Below are positions 1 to 8,789 of a stretch of 64,000 nucleotides of DNA, one piece after another. The DNA lies in contig CAWGPW010000025.1 of assembly GCA_963824555.1 (NCBI GenBank), positions 30,469 to 94,468 of the forward strand, written 5' to 3'. The position numbers were made by a program, and so were the translations under genes. Position 1 is the stretch's first letter. Every line of letters begins with the position of its first letter. The notes beneath the pieces are model-generated. The model saw nothing but the letters and a program-made list of their open reading frames with translations. It searched no databases and was not told where the DNA came from. The DNA is from an uncultured delta proteobacterium. Lineage in GTDB: Bacteria > Myxococcota_A > Polyangia > Fen-1088.

Positions 1-1966
1 CGAACACCACGGTCGGCTGCGATAGCGCGGGCACCGGCTGACTGTCGCTCGCCGGCACGGCGCCCGTCGCCCGACGCAGAGAGGTCGACGTGGCCGACGA
101 TGCACGCCCATCCCCGCCGAGAAAGATCATGCGAAGATCGGAGGTCAGCGCGCCGCTCGTCTCCACGGTGGCGGCGTCCCACACTGCAAGGAACTGAGAC
201 CCGTCGTGGGCCAGCGCAAGCCCGGCGCCCATCGCGCTGAACTGCTCGCCCACGTCGTTCGGTGTCGCATCGATAGGACCGCCATCGTCACCGACGCGGA
301 TGGTGCGGGCTTGAAGCGCGTTGCTGATCGGCTTCGGAATCGTGTCGAGCCACAGAACGACCACGGTCGTGCCCATCGCGTCGGCGGCGCTGTACTGTGG
401 CTGCGTTTGGGGAGCGAAGCTCACCGCCGTGCCAAACGAGCCGTCACTGCCGAGCGGGGTGATGGACGGGCCAAACAGCCAAAGAAACGTGTTGCCGTTC
501 CACACGACGTTGCCCCGCGTGAGGGTGAATCTCGCGTCGAGCTCGTGCGGAACCAGGTCGATGGCCGACCCACTGGTGTCGAAGCGCACCAGCATGATGC
601 GCGGGTCCAGCCTGGAGCCCGACAAGGTCATACCGCCGTTCGGCCCGGTTCCGATCGCAATGGGAACCGGAAACTCGTAGGTCGCGATGCCGGCCGGGTC
701 GTGGCCGGGCACGGAACGCCCGTCTGGGCCGAGCGGTATGACCGCCATCTCGAAAACGCCTTGTCCGGCCACCGCGACGAAGCCCGAGGCTTGCGCGACC
801 ACCCGGGGATTGTACGCCTCCATCGCGACCACCGAGATCAGCGTGTCGGAGGTGGCACGGGGACGTCCTGCGCTGTTGAGCGGCAGCGAGAACACGCCAT
901 AGTCCTCGGGGGCATAGCCGTCCTTCCACTCGAGCAACATGAACCCCGAGCCCTGCCCGCTCACCGTGGGGGTCGCAGAGCTCGCTGAAATCGTCGCGGG
1001 CGATGGATCCAGCGCGCCAAGATCCGTACCAAAGCGCGCCACGTAGAGGGTGTCACCCGCACCATCGCCCTGGGCCACGAGCAGATTCGTGCCATTCCAC
1101 GCGAGTGTCGGCGCATTGCCCGACACTTGCGTCGACGCGCTCGCGGTCGGCTGGAGGTCGGGACCGAGCTTCACCAAGGTGCCGGCGCCGTAGGCGATCG
1201 CCGTCGTGTCAGCCGCGACGAGAGCGACCGGGCCATCGAAGGGCGCACCGAGGCTGACGGGGCCGACCGTGAGTTGACCGTTGTCGTCGAGGGTGAAGCC
1301 CTGCTTGGCCAGGATCACGACGAAGGTCGAGCCGGTCGCCACCACGGCGATCGGGCCGAAACCCTCCGTCGTGGTAACCAGGGCGACGGGGGAGCCGGCG
1401 GTGCCGAGATCCGCGCCCACAAGCAGCGCGGAGGTGGTGTAGCCGCTGGCGGTGCCGGCGCGAAAGACGACCAGGAGATGGGCTCCATTCCAGGCCAGCG
1501 CCAGGTCGGCGACCGGGCTGCCCACCGTCGCCGTGTGACTGTCGACGAGTGTCCCGTCGGAGGAAAGCCGCGTCAGCGTGATGTCGCCCCCGGCGTAGGT
1601 TGCCACGACGAAGTCACCACCGATGAAGGCAACGGCCTGCCGGCCAGGGAGACCGTCCAGTCGCAACGCCGCCCGACGCAGAGGTTGCCCGCTGCTGTCG
1701 ATCGGCATTGCGTAGCCGTTGCTGTAGTCGTTCCAAACCGCCAGGCAACGGCTGGGTCCACACGCGAGCGATGGAGCACCGCCCACCTTGGTCGAGCCGT
1801 AGCCGGCTGTCGAGGCTGTCATTTCTGGGCCTACGGTCGGCGCGAGCGGCGGGGTGACCGCATCCTCGGGAGCATCGACCCCCGCGTCGATTCCACCGGC
1901 ATCTGCCGCCGTCGCCCACAGGCCCAAGACCACGGCGAGCCCGAAACCGGCGAACGTGGGCTTCAC
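1..1966 (-). CDS. Secreted beta-propeller-like repeat protein, runs off the window's left edge
   Basis: Not in the ORF track (no stop in window). Manual translation from GTG at 1966 gives MKPTFAGFGLAVVLGLWATAADA (signal peptide), then >650 stop-free codons with recurring 'LAWNGxxLLV / FLAVW' strands. The GTG overlaps the TGA of the upstream WD40 gene (GTGA). Confidence 0.8.
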   Translation of the reverse strand, partial: MKPTFAGFGLAVVLGLWATAADAGGIDAGVDAPEDAVTPPLAPTVGPEMTASTAGYGSTKVGGAPSLACGPSRCLAVWNDYSNGYAMPIDSSGQPLRRAALRLDGLPGRQAVAFIGGDFVVATYAGGDITLTRLSSDGTLVDSHTATVGSPVADLALAWNGAHLLVVFRAGTASGYTTSALLVGADLGTAGSPVALVTTTEGFGPIAVVATGSTFVVILAKQGFTLDDNGQLTVGPVSLGAPFDGPVALVAADTTAIAYGAGTLVKLGPDLQPTASASTQVSGNAPTLAWNGTNLLVAQGDGAGDTLYVARFGTDLGALDPSPATISASSATPTVSGQGSGFMLLEWKDGYAPEDYGVFSLPLNSAGRPRATSDTLISVVAMEAYNPRVVAQASGFVAVAGQGVFEMAVIPLGPDGRSVPGHDPAGIATYEFPVPIAIGTGPNGGMTLSGSRLDPRIMLVRFDTSGSAIDLVPHELDARFTLTRGNVVWNGNTFLWLFGPSITPLGSDGSFGTAVSFAPQTQPQYSAADAMGTTVVVLWLDTIPKPISNALQARTIRVGDDGGPIDATPNDVGEQFSAMGAGLALAHDGSQFLAVWDAATVETSGALTSDLRMIFLGGDGRASSATSTSLRRATGAVPASDSQPVPALSQPTVVF

Positions 1967-4213
1967 TGTTTGCACCACAGCCACACGGTGCCATCGTCGT
2001 ACGCCACGGCAAGGCGACTGCCATCACCCGCGAAACGCATGCGTACGAGACCCTGGCCGTGGGCGGGAAGGCTGGGAAGAGCGGTCAGCTCCGGCGTGCT
2101 CCACAGGCGCATGACCCCGTCACTGCCGCCCGCGACGAGCACGGTTCCGTCGGGCGAGAACGCGACGGTACGGCTCGAGAACGACGCCGGGCCTTGAAAC
2201 AGATCGCGGCGGGCCGTCGCGCCCGTGGATTGCCAGACCGTCACGCGCTCGTCCCCAACGCTTGCCACCAGCTGGTTGTCCGGCGAAATCGACACGTCGA
2301 CGACAGCAGGCGAATGGGCTTCCGTGATTCGCCGGGTGGTACTCCAATCCGCGGTGCTCAAGATGTCGAGCTCGCGCCCGTCGGAGCCCGCGGCGAGCAA
2401 GGTCCCGTCGCGCGAGAACGCCACGCTGTCGACGTTGCCAGCGATGCCCATTCCGGTGACCATGCTGCCCGAAGGAACCTGGTAGACTTCGTCGGCACCT
2501 TGGTCGGCGCCGGCGGCCAACAACGTGCCGTCGGGCGAGAAGGACACCCTGTTCGCGCGAATGAGCGCTGTCGTGATTGGCTGGGTGACGGTCCACGTCG
2601 CGGTCGACCACAGGTTGACCTGGCCGCTCTCCTCCGCCGTCGCAAGCCATCCGCCGCTTGCCGAAAGCGCGACATCGTTGACGGTGCGGGCGGACTGGCC
2701 CCAGTCGGGCGCCTGCGTGATGACCGCATCGGGGACGGAACGTACGACCATGCCGAAGTCGCCGCCAATGACCAAATGACTCCCGTCGGGCAGGAAGCCG
2801 ACCGTGCGCGCGAACGGCCCTTGCTGAACCGGATCGCGTAGCGAGGCCCCGGTCGAATCCGTGAGCCACAGCGCCCACGTGCTGGCCGTGAACAGCTGGC
2901 GCCCGTCGGGCGACGCGGCCACCAGGTGCGGACCTCCGATCGGGGCGAGCAGAAGCTTCGAGGGCGAGCCGTCGACCGGGAACGAGGTCACGGCTTCGTC
3001 GATGGTGCTCACGTAAAGGTGGGTACCGTCCGGTGCATAGGAGATGCTCTTGATTCCATAAGGCGCTTTGAGCTGGCGAACGAGACTGGCGTCGGAGCCA
3101 CGCCAAAGTCGCAGATTGCCGTCGGCATCGCCCACCGCGACCTGGGTTCCATCGGCGGAGACCGCGAGGGTGTTCATCCAGGTCCCGCCCTGCAGGGGGA
3201 TTGCAATCGCCGACAGAATCGGCTCCGGACCAGACGCGGACGCTCCCGTCCTTGCTGGCGGTGAAGACGCTGGCACCCCCGGCGGCGAAGCCGATGCCGC
3301 GCACTTCGTCGACATGATCCACCGTGGTCGCGACGAGCGTCCCGGGCCCGCTCTGCCACAAGAAAACCTCGCCATCGGCAGCACCCGCCGCAATGCGCGT
3401 TCCGTCGGGCGACAGCGCGACGGCGAGCAGCTCACGTCCGTGCGCCGGCAGCGAAGCGAGCAGCGTCCCGTCGGCGATGCGCCACAGCTTCACCGTCCGG
3501 TCGTCGCTGGCTGTCACCAGCGTCGCACCGTCAGCAGAGACAGCGACGGCGTTGACGCCTCCTGCGTGCCCGATGAACGAACGCACCTCGTGCCCGTCGC
3601 TGGGATCAATCAACTTTGCCACCGCGCCGGCAAGACCTGCGGCGACGGCACTGCTATCGGGCAAGTAGGCGATGCTGCGAATTCCGGCCAGGCCCATCGC
3701 CGCGCATGGGGCAAAGGTGGTGCTCGTGCCGCCGTCCACGGCGCCCGGGCCATCCAAGCTTGTGGCACCGAGATCCCCACCTCCGCTTTCGCTGCTTGCA
3801 CCATCGAGGCCCGCCGTCGGTGCGTCGACAGCCCCGTTACCGGCTTCAATGCCGCCATCGGACGTTGTCGCGCCACCACTGCCCTTCGCGCCGGAGTCTG
3901 CGAGCACGAGAGGGCCGTCCCCCACCGCATCGCCGCGATCCGGTGCAGCATCCACACCCAGCGCCCCACCCGTGCCGCTCTTCCCGGCGTCGACCTTCGC
4001 GGTTCCGCCCGTGCCGGTGTCTCCTCCGTCGAGATGCTGTCCTCCGCTGCCGCTGGTCGTGCCACCCGCGCCACCCGCGCCCCCGTGCGACCCGCCCGAC
4101 GACGATCCACAACCCACGAGGCCCAGCGCGACGAACATCAACACCCCCGGGTGTCCGGATTTTACTAATGCCCTCGCGATGGTCGCATTCACTGCCAATG
4201 TTCCTGCTCGCAT
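1963..4213 (-). CDS. WD40-repeat lipoprotein with Gly/Ser-rich linker; one frameshift near 3218
   Basis: N-part in ORF 2120..4291 (lipobox LVGC, GGTGG linker, repeats such as GHAGGVNAVAVSADGATLVTASDDRTVKLW). C-part in ORF 1963..3435 continues the WD40 repeats. Frames switch at VRVWSGAD / ILSAIAIP. Confidence 0.85.
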
Positions 4214-4413
4214 TCCGCAAGGATAGATCGTCCTCGGAAAATGTGGACCCAAGTTAATCAGCTTCCAGATCGGGCTCTCAAATGCGAGCACGACGTCACA
4301 AAACGAGAGGACCCCTGGTCGCGGGTCCGACAGACTGCCGTAAACCGCCGGCGCCCGATCATCGGGCTAATCATGCTGTTCAAGATGCTGCGGTCCACAA
4401 AAAGGAGAAGACC

Positions 4414-6108
4414 ATGCAAATCAAGGAACTGTTTCGTGTCCACGGTCCCGCCCATCCACGCCCGCGCCTGCCCCGTTCGAAATCCAAGGCGCGGTGCCAG
4501 CCACTGCGCTTCCTTTGCGCATGCGCCCTCAGCACATCGCTGATTGGGGGTTGCGACGACGGGCCATCGGAAACCGACAACGAGGACATCGGTGCCTCTC
4601 AGCGCGCGGCGCACGTTGCCTGCCAGAAGGACAATTCAGGGACACCGAGCACGGTCACGGTGGACACGAGATCCAGCTTGGGCGTCCTCTCACCCATCGC
4701 TGTGGGTGTGAACGCCGCTGCCTGGGACGGCCACCTGACGGATGCGGAAATTCCCCGCTTGCTGGCGGACGCTGGTATCCAGATCCTTCGCTATCCAGGA
4801 GGCTCCACCTCCAACAACTATCACTGGCTGTCCAACACCCCGGACGATCCCAACCAGGGCAGCACCGTTCCCAGCGCAAACTTCGACGCGTATATGGCGG
4901 TTGTCGAAGCAGCCGGCGCCCAGTCCATGCTGACGGTCAACTACGGCTCAGGGACAGCCCAGGAGGCTGCCGACTGGGTACGGTATGCCAACCAGGGTGG
5001 CCGATCCTATAGAGGTCCCGTGCCGACCTATCCTGGCGCGAGCCCCGCCGGCCACCATTACGGCGTAAAATACTGGGAGATCGGCAATGAGGTGTACGGC
5101 GATGGCACCTATGGGGCAACCTGGGAGGTCAATCACAACGCTCACGACCCGACCACCTATGCCAACGGCGTCGTCAGCTTCAGCTCGGCCATGAAGGCAA
5201 TTGACCCTTCCATCAAGATTGGTGTCGTCCTTACGGCGCCTGGCAACTGGCCTGACGGGCAAACCAGCGCATCATCGCCGCAGCCTTGGAACGATACCAT
5301 CCTGCCTATCGTTTGTTCTGCCGTCGATTTCGTCGATGTCCACTGGTATCCGCAGGGACCGACGGGGGAATCCGACGCCGCTTTGCTGGCTTCTCCGCAA
5401 AATGGTGAGTCTACAAGTGTCAGCTACACGCCCAGCATTCCCAGCATGGTCGCCAGCTTGAAGGCAGAGCTCACGCAGTTCTGCGGCACCCGCGCCGACG
5501 CGATCCAGATGATGATCACGGAGACCAATTCGGTCTCTTACAATCCCGGCAAGCAGACCACCAGCCCCGTCAATGCACTGTTTCTGGCCGACCAGGTCAT
5601 GACCTGGCTAGAGAATGGTGTAGCAAACGTAGATTGGTGGGCTATCCACAACAGTCCATTTGACGGCAATATCGACCCATCGCTGTACGGCAACTACGAT
5701 TTCGGAGACTATGGAATCCTTTCAGCCGGACTCACCACAACCAATGGCGCTGTCGAGCCGCGAGCCAATACGCTATTCCCCGCATACTACGGGCTGCGGA
5801 TGCTCGCCTATCTCGGACATCATCCGCGGGATGCGATGCTCCAAGCAACGTCGTCGACTCCCCTTGTGTCGGCGCACGCCGTCCGTCAAGCAGACGGCGA
5901 CGTCAACCTGGTGTTGATCAACAAAGACCCCAGCGTTACCTATACCGTGACTGTCCTACTCCAAGGAGCCCGCGTCCATGGCCGGGCGCAGGTGTCTTCC
6001 TATGGTATCCGCAGCACGTCGATCAGTACGACCATCACATCCGTTGCAGGTTCATCCTTCCCGATCACGATCGGTCCCTACTCCATAACCACGGTCGCGC
6101 TGCCGTAA
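4414..6108 (+). CDS. Clan GH-A glycoside hydrolase (GH44/GH51-like), predicted lipoprotein
   Basis: RBS AAGGAG before ATG 4414; lipobox-like LIGGC; motifs LRYPGGSTSNNYHW, YWEIGNEVYG (acid/base NE) and MITETN (nucleophile); beta-sandwich-like C-terminus. Confidence 0.8.
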   Translation: MQIKELFRVHGPAHPRPRLPRSKSKARCQPLRFLCACALSTSLIGGCDDGPSETDNEDIGASQRAAHVACQKDNSGTPSTVTVDTRSSLGVLSPIAVGVNAAAWDGHLTDAEIPRLLADAGIQILRYPGGSTSNNYHWLSNTPDDPNQGSTVPSANFDAYMAVVEAAGAQSMLTVNYGSGTAQEAADWVRYANQGGRSYRGPVPTYPGASPAGHHYGVKYWEIGNEVYGDGTYGATWEVNHNAHDPTTYANGVVSFSSAMKAIDPSIKIGVVLTAPGNWPDGQTSASSPQPWNDTILPIVCSAVDFVDVHWYPQGPTGESDAALLASPQNGESTSVSYTPSIPSMVASLKAELTQFCGTRADAIQMMITETNSVSYNPGKQTTSPVNALFLADQVMTWLENGVANVDWWAIHNSPFDGNIDPSLYGNYDFGDYGILSAGLTTTNGAVEPRANTLFPAYYGLRMLAYLGHHPRDAMLQATSSTPLVSAHAVRQADGDVNLVLINKDPSVTYTVTVLLQGARVHGRAQVSSYGIRSTSISTTITSVAGSSFPITIGPYSITTVALP

Positions 6109-6138
6109 CTGAGCATAGCCTAGCTTAGACGAAACTCG

Positions 6139-6183
6139 ACGGGCAGAGGTGAACGAACCCCATCCGGGTTCCGCCTCTGCCCG
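6139..6183. terminator. Long GC-rich hairpin between convergent genes; possible bidirectional terminator
   Basis: ACGGGCAGAGGTG ... CGCCTCTGCCCGT arms enclosing GAACCC-ATCC-GGGTTC; no clear poly-T tail. Confidence 0.5.
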
Positions 6184-6195
6184 TGCCACCATCGA

Positions 6196-6738
6196 TCATC
6201 CTCGTTGAACGAAATCGGCACGTTTTCGCAGATCACGAGCAAGCAGCTCCCTGGCGATGCGTGCCATCTTTCGCAGGCGATTGAAGACAGTCCTGCGAGC
6301 GATCCCGAGAGTTTCCGCGATCTCGACCTGGGACATCCCCTCGAGGTAATGCATGATCGCCACCTGGGCTCCGCCCTCCCCGCTACGTGCCAGTACGGCG
6401 AGAACCAATTCGCGATCCGCGAAGTCGTTCCATCGGACACAGGGGGTACTCATCGCCAGCGCGGCCACGACGCACGTTTGCATCTTCTGCTTGCCCAGAA
6501 TGTTCAGACAAACGTTGGTGGAGACGCGATACAGGTAGTGAAGCGCTCCCTCCTCGAATGCCAGAACTGTGCCGCGCGCGATCACGCGCACGAAGGTCTC
6601 TTGGGTGGCGTCCCGCGCGCTGGCGGTCGAGTGCAAGAATCGACGGCAGTGTTGGTAGATGGCCGGGGAATAGTACGCGTACAGGTGGGCGAGTGTTGTC
6701 TCGCTTGCTCGGACCGCGGGAAACTCCATAGCCTGCAT
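6196..6738 (-). CDS. ECF sigma-70 factor
   Basis: ARDATQETFVRV (region 2), YLYRVSTNVCLN, and region 4 EGMSQVEIAETLGIARRTVFNRL. Start placed at MQAMEF. Confidence 0.9.
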   Translation of the reverse strand: MQAMEFPAVRASETTLAHLYAYYSPAIYQHCRRFLHSTASARDATQETFVRVIARGTVLAFEEGALHYLYRVSTNVCLNILGKQKMQTCVVAALAMSTPCVRWNDFADRELVLAVLARSGEGGAQVAIMHYLEGMSQVEIAETLGIARRTVFNRLRKMARIARELLARDLRKRADFVQRG

Positions 6739-6824
6739 TTTCCCTGCTCGGCAAAGGGCGATCTTCTCGTTTCGTGACCGGCGCTTTGCATTTCGGCCTC
6801 GCGCCGTCGGGGCGTGCTTGAACG

Positions 6825-7691
6825 CTAGGTGCGCGGAAGTTGCTGCTGCTTGAGGCGCGCCAAATAGTCGCGCGGTGAACAACCCATGGTTTCCTGAAAA
6901 ACGCGATGGCACTGCGCATAGCTGCCGAACCCCGAGCGAAAACAGGCGTCGAGCAGGGTAAGTCGTCCTTCACACGCGAGCTCGACGAAGTGTTCCAAGC
7001 GAAGCCTCTGTCGGTAGGTCACCAGATTGACGCCCAGCTGCTCCGCGAATTGGCGGCTGAGAGCTGCGGGGCTGATTCCCACGCGCTGGGAGAGTGTCTC
7101 TCTCGACATGGCCGGATCCTGGGACAGCAGGCGCATGCTTGCCCGGACTTCAGGCGAGACGATGCTATCCGACGTCCTTGCGCCTGACCCGTCGAAGGCT
7201 TCCCAGGCGTCGAGGAGTGAATAGGCAAGCCCGGCCTTGCGCAGGTCCACGGAATTCGACTGCCGAATCCTGGCCAGCTCTTGGTCTAGTCGGCGGGTGT
7301 CCTTCCAATCGATGACTCGACACTGCTCACCTCTGGGCATTCCAGAGCGCAGCGCAGCATGCGAGCCGCTGCTACAGGTGCGATCGATCAGCTCGGGTAG
7401 AAGTACCACGATCCACATTTCGAAGTCGGCAGTCCGCTCTTCTGCGTGGTGGTTCTGTTCCGGGTACAGCCACAACAAGGAGCCGACGCCCAGGGCGTAG
7501 CGTTTCCCGTCGACCTCGTAGTGGCCGCGGCCCGAGACGACGAGGTTGAACTCCAATCCTTCGTGACGGTGGCGAGGATGATAGTACCCGTTGCCACGAT
7601 GAGGCCACACGGTGCCCCCACAAGTCTCTGGAATTGCAAGCCGCTCGATGATGGACAGCCGTGGATCTACTCTGGACTGTTGGATGTCCAT
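6825..7691 (-). CDS. AraC-family transcriptional regulator (cupin + HTH)
   Basis: HHxHEGLEFNLVVSGRG-type cupin (HPRHRHEGLEFNLVVSGRG); C-terminal ACFRSGFGSYAQCHRVFQETMGCSPRDY; GGAGG RBS before ATG 7691. Confidence 0.9.
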   Translation of the reverse strand: MDIQQSRVDPRLSIIERLAIPETCGGTVWPHRGNGYYHPRHRHEGLEFNLVVSGRGHYEVDGKRYALGVGSLLWLYPEQNHHAEERTADFEMWIVVLLPELIDRTCSSGSHAALRSGMPRGEQCRVIDWKDTRRLDQELARIRQSNSVDLRKAGLAYSLLDAWEAFDGSGARTSDSIVSPEVRASMRLLSQDPAMSRETLSQRVGISPAALSRQFAEQLGVNLVTYRQRLRLEHFVELACEGRLTLLDACFRSGFGSYAQCHRVFQETMGCSPRDYLARLKQQQLPRT

Positions 7692-7769
7692 GGCGCCTCC
7701 TCCCACGAATACAACACATGGCCCGGCAAGAATGTGCAACCGAAAACTTCCTTCGTGTATCATGCCAAC

Positions 7770-8668
7770 GTGAAGCCCGGTTCGGGTCATCCAGCGAACC
7801 TCATCGTCCTCATCAGCCTCTTTCACCTGGCTTGCGGAACCACACGTTCCTCCACTGCCCCTCCGGCTTATCACTTCACGCAAGATTGGTTCGTCGGGAA
7901 GGTTTCCTGGCCTGACCTACTGCGCGAATATCGCGACAAGCCCAACGTCCGCTATCTGGAAATCGGTGTGTTCGAGGGCCGCTCGCTGTTTTGGATGCTC
8001 GACAACATCCTCACGGGTAACGGCGCGTCTGCAGTGGCTGTCGACTTGTTCGAACCGAGCTATGAGGGCACCTTTCTCGAGAATCTCCGGTTGTCGGGAA
8101 AGGCCAGTCGCGTCCGGATCCTCAAGGGGCGCTCGGACAAGGTGCTGCACACCTTGCCCGTGAATTCCTTCGACATCGTTTTCATCGACGGAAGTCACGC
8201 CGCTCGTGATGTGCTGACGGATGCCGTCCAGGGATGGCTGCTGCTGGCCGACAACGGCCTGATGATCATGGACGACTATGGAAACGAGAAGCCTCGCGAC
8301 GAGTTCCTGTCGCTGTCCCGTGTCCCCGACGACTCAAACCTCGCGTGGCCATCGACGCCTTTGTTACGGCTTTTCGCCCAGAGCTCGAGGTCGTACAGCG
8401 GGATTTTCAATTCGTCGTCAGGAAGCGTGCGCCAGCCTGCCGAGATTGGGTCTGCTCCAGCGGCCAGAATTGGTTTTACGACTGGGCGCAGCGGCGGCTC
8501 TTCAAGAGGAAGACCCGAGAGCCCATTCCGCTTACGGAAGAACAGCGGCGCGAGCTGGAGTTCATCCTGGCCACCATGCCGTTCGGTACCACGACTCCGG
8601 AACCTAGCCAAGAATGCCTGGCCAAGGCCCCCTGCAAGAGCGTGGTCGATCTCTTGACCGCGCCGTAG
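7770..8668 (+). CDS. Class I SAM-dependent methyltransferase (Methyltransf_24-like); frameshift at ~8333
   Basis: YLEIGVFEGRS, FDIVFIDGSH and IMDDY motifs in ORF 7446..8657. The tail KPRVAIDAFV lies in ORF 8234..8668; adding one C after GAC GAC (8333) joins them as VPDDLKPRVAIDAF. Start uncertain. Confidence 0.8.
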
Positions 8669-8789
8669 GCGGCGAGCCGCAGCAGGCCGGCCACGACCTT
8701 CCCTCCCCGTGGAGCACACAAGATCTGGCTTTCAGATGGCAATCGCATCAAACTGGCGGGAGCGGCCTGTGGTCGCCCAGGCAGCATCG

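Noticed and set aside
206-2197. Long + strand ORFs 206..988 and 1127..2197
   Set aside because: Antisense shadows of the real - strand gene; Arg/Gly-rich with no motifs. The same applies to most overlapping ORFs in the track (e.g. 26048..27841, 32876..34858, 45307..47661).
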